DNA of 64,000 nucleotides. Origin: Schizochytrium sp. TIO01 (taxonomy: Eukaryota > Protista > Bigyra: Labyrinthulomycetes). Positions 60,550-64,000 of the stretch are shown here, piece after piece. Under the pieces are notes generated by a model that was given only the letters and a program-made list of their open reading frames with translations, was not told the DNA's origin and did no database searches. Made by a program: the position numbers and the translations under genes. How positions within the stretch are numbered: position 1 is the first letter of the stretch; the number at the start of each line of letters is the position of its first letter. Location: assembly GCA_004764695.1 (NCBI GenBank), contig SMSO01000007.1:1867270-1931269 (forward strand), in the 5' to 3' direction.

Positions 60550-61652
60550 ATGGCGGGCAACAAGAGGAGCCGCAAGGATGACCAGGCCGGCAAGAAGGTT
60601 CGTAAACTATACGTGGAATTCGACCCGGATGCACGCCGCGAGTATGTGACAGGCATGCACAAGCGCAAGCAGCAGCGGAAGGAAAAGGCCATCAGTGACC
60701 TCAAGAAACAAGTCGAAAAGGAGCGCAAGGAAGCGCGCGACGAGGTGAGTTTTACATGAAGCTGGAGAAGAGGTGTATAATTTGTAGGTACAAGCGAGGA
60801 GGGCAGACTATGGCTTTTGTTCTGCTCTCTTCCGGTTGCTGCGTCAACTTCTTTGTTTTCTTGCTATTTCTTTTTCTTTTCTGAATAGCGTATTCTCGTT
60901 AGACACTGAAGAATTACATCGCTTATGACATTGCATAAAAATACTACGTTTACGGCATTGCAATGTTGGCTTATTTTGGCGGCCATTTTGACATACTGAT
61001 GCAGAAATCCAGAATCACTGACAAATTAGTTTTGGTTGGAAATCTTGTTTATTTGCGGATACGGATTTGCCTTCTTTATTTTCGATGATAACCACAGCGA
61101 CGAGCAGCACTTCGGGAGAGACATGAGCAGCAAATTGATCAAAAGAAGCGACGCCAAGAGGCGCTGGAAGAAGACAGCGACGATGACGAGGAAAGTGATG
61201 ATGAACGCCCGAAGGGTGCAGACACGAGTGCCCAGGACATGGTCAGTCAGTTGACGGGCCAAAAGGCTAAGGTTATCGAGGAGAAGGTTGACGATGACTT
61301 CTCCAAAAATATGTTTGGCAGCAGCATGGTAACTGTGACGACCACAATGCTCGGAGACGATGAAGAAGATGATGCCGAAGACGAGGCTCATCTTAGCGCA
61401 AAGGACTATGCCGCAAGCAAAGTTGCCAAGGAAGCTGTACAGCTTTTGGGCGAGAAGAACCTCGAACACACTGCGGGCAAGGCCGAGCGTATGCTACAGC
61501 GTCTCCAACACAAGAAACTCCGCCGCGCTCAACTCAAGGCCAAGGTCGGTTCCAAGGCTAAACTCTCAGCTATTATCAAGAGCAAGGGCAAGAAACCCAA
61601 GGGCAAGAAGAAGGGCAAGACATCTGCCAAGGAGCGCCGTCGTCGAGTATAA
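60550..61652 (+). CDS. RRP17: Ribosomal RNA-processing protein 17 / nucleolar protein 12 (Nop25 family); exons 60550-60744 and 61098-61652
   Basis: VEFDPDARREYVTGMHKRKQQRKEKA is the Nop25/RRP17 signature. Donor GTGAGT at 60745 and acceptor CAG at 61097 join in frame to an acidic tract, a VTVTT motif and a Lys-rich tail. Confidence 0.87.
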
Positions 61653-64000
61653 ATGTGTGTCTTTGTTTTCGATCATTTTGACATAATGATTGAAGCAAGA
61701 AACCCCAGCCTCGATACGCCATCGTGGATCTTCTTTAAGCTGGATTGAGTACTTCAAGAAATGAAATCGTGAGGCTTCACTCCTCTCTTTTGTGCACCAT
61801 TTTTTCGTACTCTTTTTTTTTCAAACAGACAAGTGCAACGGGGCCCGAACTAAAGTATCATGTACAAACAAGATTTCAGCGTTTCACGTTTTGATTCTTT
61901 CACATACAACTACTTGCAGTATGTGTGATGATTCGCGTGCTGGAGGCATTTGATTGCCCCACCTCCCGTCAGGACAATCTCTAAAGCTTTGTGACTTTCT
62001 AGACTCCTTTATTTGCCCTTAAAAGACGCTAGTTTTTATTTTCGATACCCACTGATTGGTCGAATTGCAACTCAATATTGTTCCTTCCAGGAAGCGAAGT
62101 CTAATTGACAATACGATGCTTAACAAATTTGCGCTTCCTCACCGTAGGGGCGGCTTTGATCTGCCATTGTGAAGTCTTCGGTTGATTTTGGTGGCGCTCC
62201 TGTGAACACTTGAACCATCTGCTCCACTTGCTAATATATATATATATATAACTATCTCACGCTCTTGGGAAGACAGGCAGAGGGTAATCTCGCAAAGCAC
62301 TAGCTTGTGCGCTCACCAATAGTTGGTTGCCCTTTGGCTAAAGCAGGTGAGAGAGATATTGATGATAGCGCTCCCAAAGGCGGACTACAGTTTCGCCTGC
62401 ACGTGTCTCTCCGCAGCCTCTCGCTGTCCTCAAGAAGAATCTCGTGACATCTTCCTGCTAATGACGACCAGCTTCGCAGATTTGTCATCTTGAGCATCTC
62501 GCTACCTCGCGAGCAAGACGACATCCACTAGCAGCCTTGCATCCTGTATGATCTTTCAAGATTTCCATCCACGTGCGTACCTCCTCAGAGGGTCTCCACA
62601 TCGCTTTGGTCAGTGTAACGTTATTCGTTATATACAGTACTAAAATATTACAAATTCATTCTCAGCTAATACGATAGCAGTCGCTCTCGCACCAGCAGGC
62701 CGGCTGCTTCCCAGCTTCTACCAAAATCAAGACCTCCTTTCGGGATCTCCAGACTTCCCAGCGAACGCCACGCAGGGCAGCCCGGCCTCTCACTGCCTCT
62801 GGAACATGCGTCTTCGAGTTCGACCTCGTAGTTTCCTTCGTTTTGCCTACCCAACACAACGAAAGAAACGAACAGCAGAACCTTTGCAGAACCTATGAGG
62901 AACCATGGTCGTGCATCTCATCGGTGCCCTGAACGCCAGCAAATGCAAACGAAAAGCCCGTCTTAAGCAGCAAGGCAAGGCCTCCATGTTCACAACACTG
63001 AGCCATCCTTGAGGCTAGGTCCATGCGGGAAAGAGTATATTCCAGTGAGTGAGTGAGTGAGGAGTGAGGGAGTACCAACGAATGGTGCACCCGAGTTATT
63101 AGTGCAATGATGGTGACTGTTTCAGGTTCTTTTCTTTAGAAAAGAATAAACACACACATAGGTATAAATAGCCTACCTGTTAATTAAAAAAATTAAAATT
63201 AAAATTAAAAAACCTCAGAAGAATAAACAAAAAGACTCTGTCCGCAAGTCGGTGAGTAGTAGTTATATAGACTTAGATAGCCTTGGGTTGAGGGTTTCGT
63301 CTTTTTCATTTTTGCGGTTATATTATAATAAATATGGCCAAAGCAATTGCCAAAGGCAGAGACCTGCTCGGTCAGGACATGGACGAGCGAGAGCTGTGAC
63401 GCTGCATTGGGATGCTGAGCGAGGGACTGGCACCTTAGAGGAGGAGGAGGGATCTTCTTTTCTCTAGAGAGCCCTTGGCTGGAGCATGGATGGTTAAAGA
63501 CTGGCTGCGACGATGGGTGCATCTTGGTCCCTCGTTCTTTCTCTCTAACTAAAAGAAAAACTGAAAGAAAAAGAGAAAGAAAAAATGATGCTTTTCCTTG
63601 TTAATGTTAGTACTTACTACCTATTCATTCATCTTCTTTCTTCTGGTTCTTCTTCTGTTTCTGCTTCTTTTGGGTACCAAAAAGAGCGAAAGATGTGCAA
63701 ATAAAATGCAAATCAAGCCATTGTCTTCGATCAATCAGTCCAGTGGAAGAGCAGTGGGTATGGCGCAATGCAAGCAACCCGGGTGCAACTTCAACGACGC
63801 CTCACAGTAGACTTTCGTTGCTTTACTCACGACGAACTCCGCAACGTGGCAACTGGTATTCGTAAAGCAAAGTAAAGCATCCGTGTTTGTCTTCAAGTTG
63901 AACATTGAAGTGCTATGCGTAAATGAGAGTTTCTCACGATTCCCGAGTTTTACCTACCTACCTTTGGATTTGAAGAATGACTTGAGCGATCCATATGCTT

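Noticed and set aside
1-64000. tRNA/rRNA genes; functional clustering of mitochondrial genes (NNT, NDUFS5, PISD)
   Set aside because: No cloverleaf/T-loop or rRNA signature was seen by eye. The mitochondrial genes are dispersed or convergent and mixed with unrelated genes, so there is no evidence of a cluster.

Overview
Eukaryotic nuclear DNA. Genes are mostly intronless or have few GT-AG introns, favour C/G/T-ending codons, and are separated by AT-rich, microsatellite-laden spacers. This fits a stramenopile protist such as a thraustochytrid, which is inference and was not checked. Ten genes are supportable: fused mitochondrial NAD(P) transhydrogenase, a 1243-aa piggyBac-derived protein, a HET/TIR-like + 7xTPR protein, EMC1, an SH3-GYF-GYF-Tubby protein, a DUF218/YdcF protein, a PDZ + RING + Rcat-like E3 ligase, a 3-exon complex I subunit NDUFS5, phosphatidylserine decarboxylase and a 2-exon RRP17/NOL12. 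The ORF track catches only fragments of the two spliced genes. Gene-poor stretches (about 9-15, 21.5-29.5, 36-50 and 58-60 kb) hold microsatellites and broken reading frames. The most striking object is the piggyBac-like ORF. A YqaJ/lambda-exonuclease-like domain, itself interrupted by a SAP-like motif, is nested inside the transposase core. Catalytic residues of both nucleases look degenerate, yet the 3.7-kb frame is intact and no TIRs are visible, suggesting a domesticated or unusual composite transposase. All domain calls are by-eye motif matches; no database search was run.
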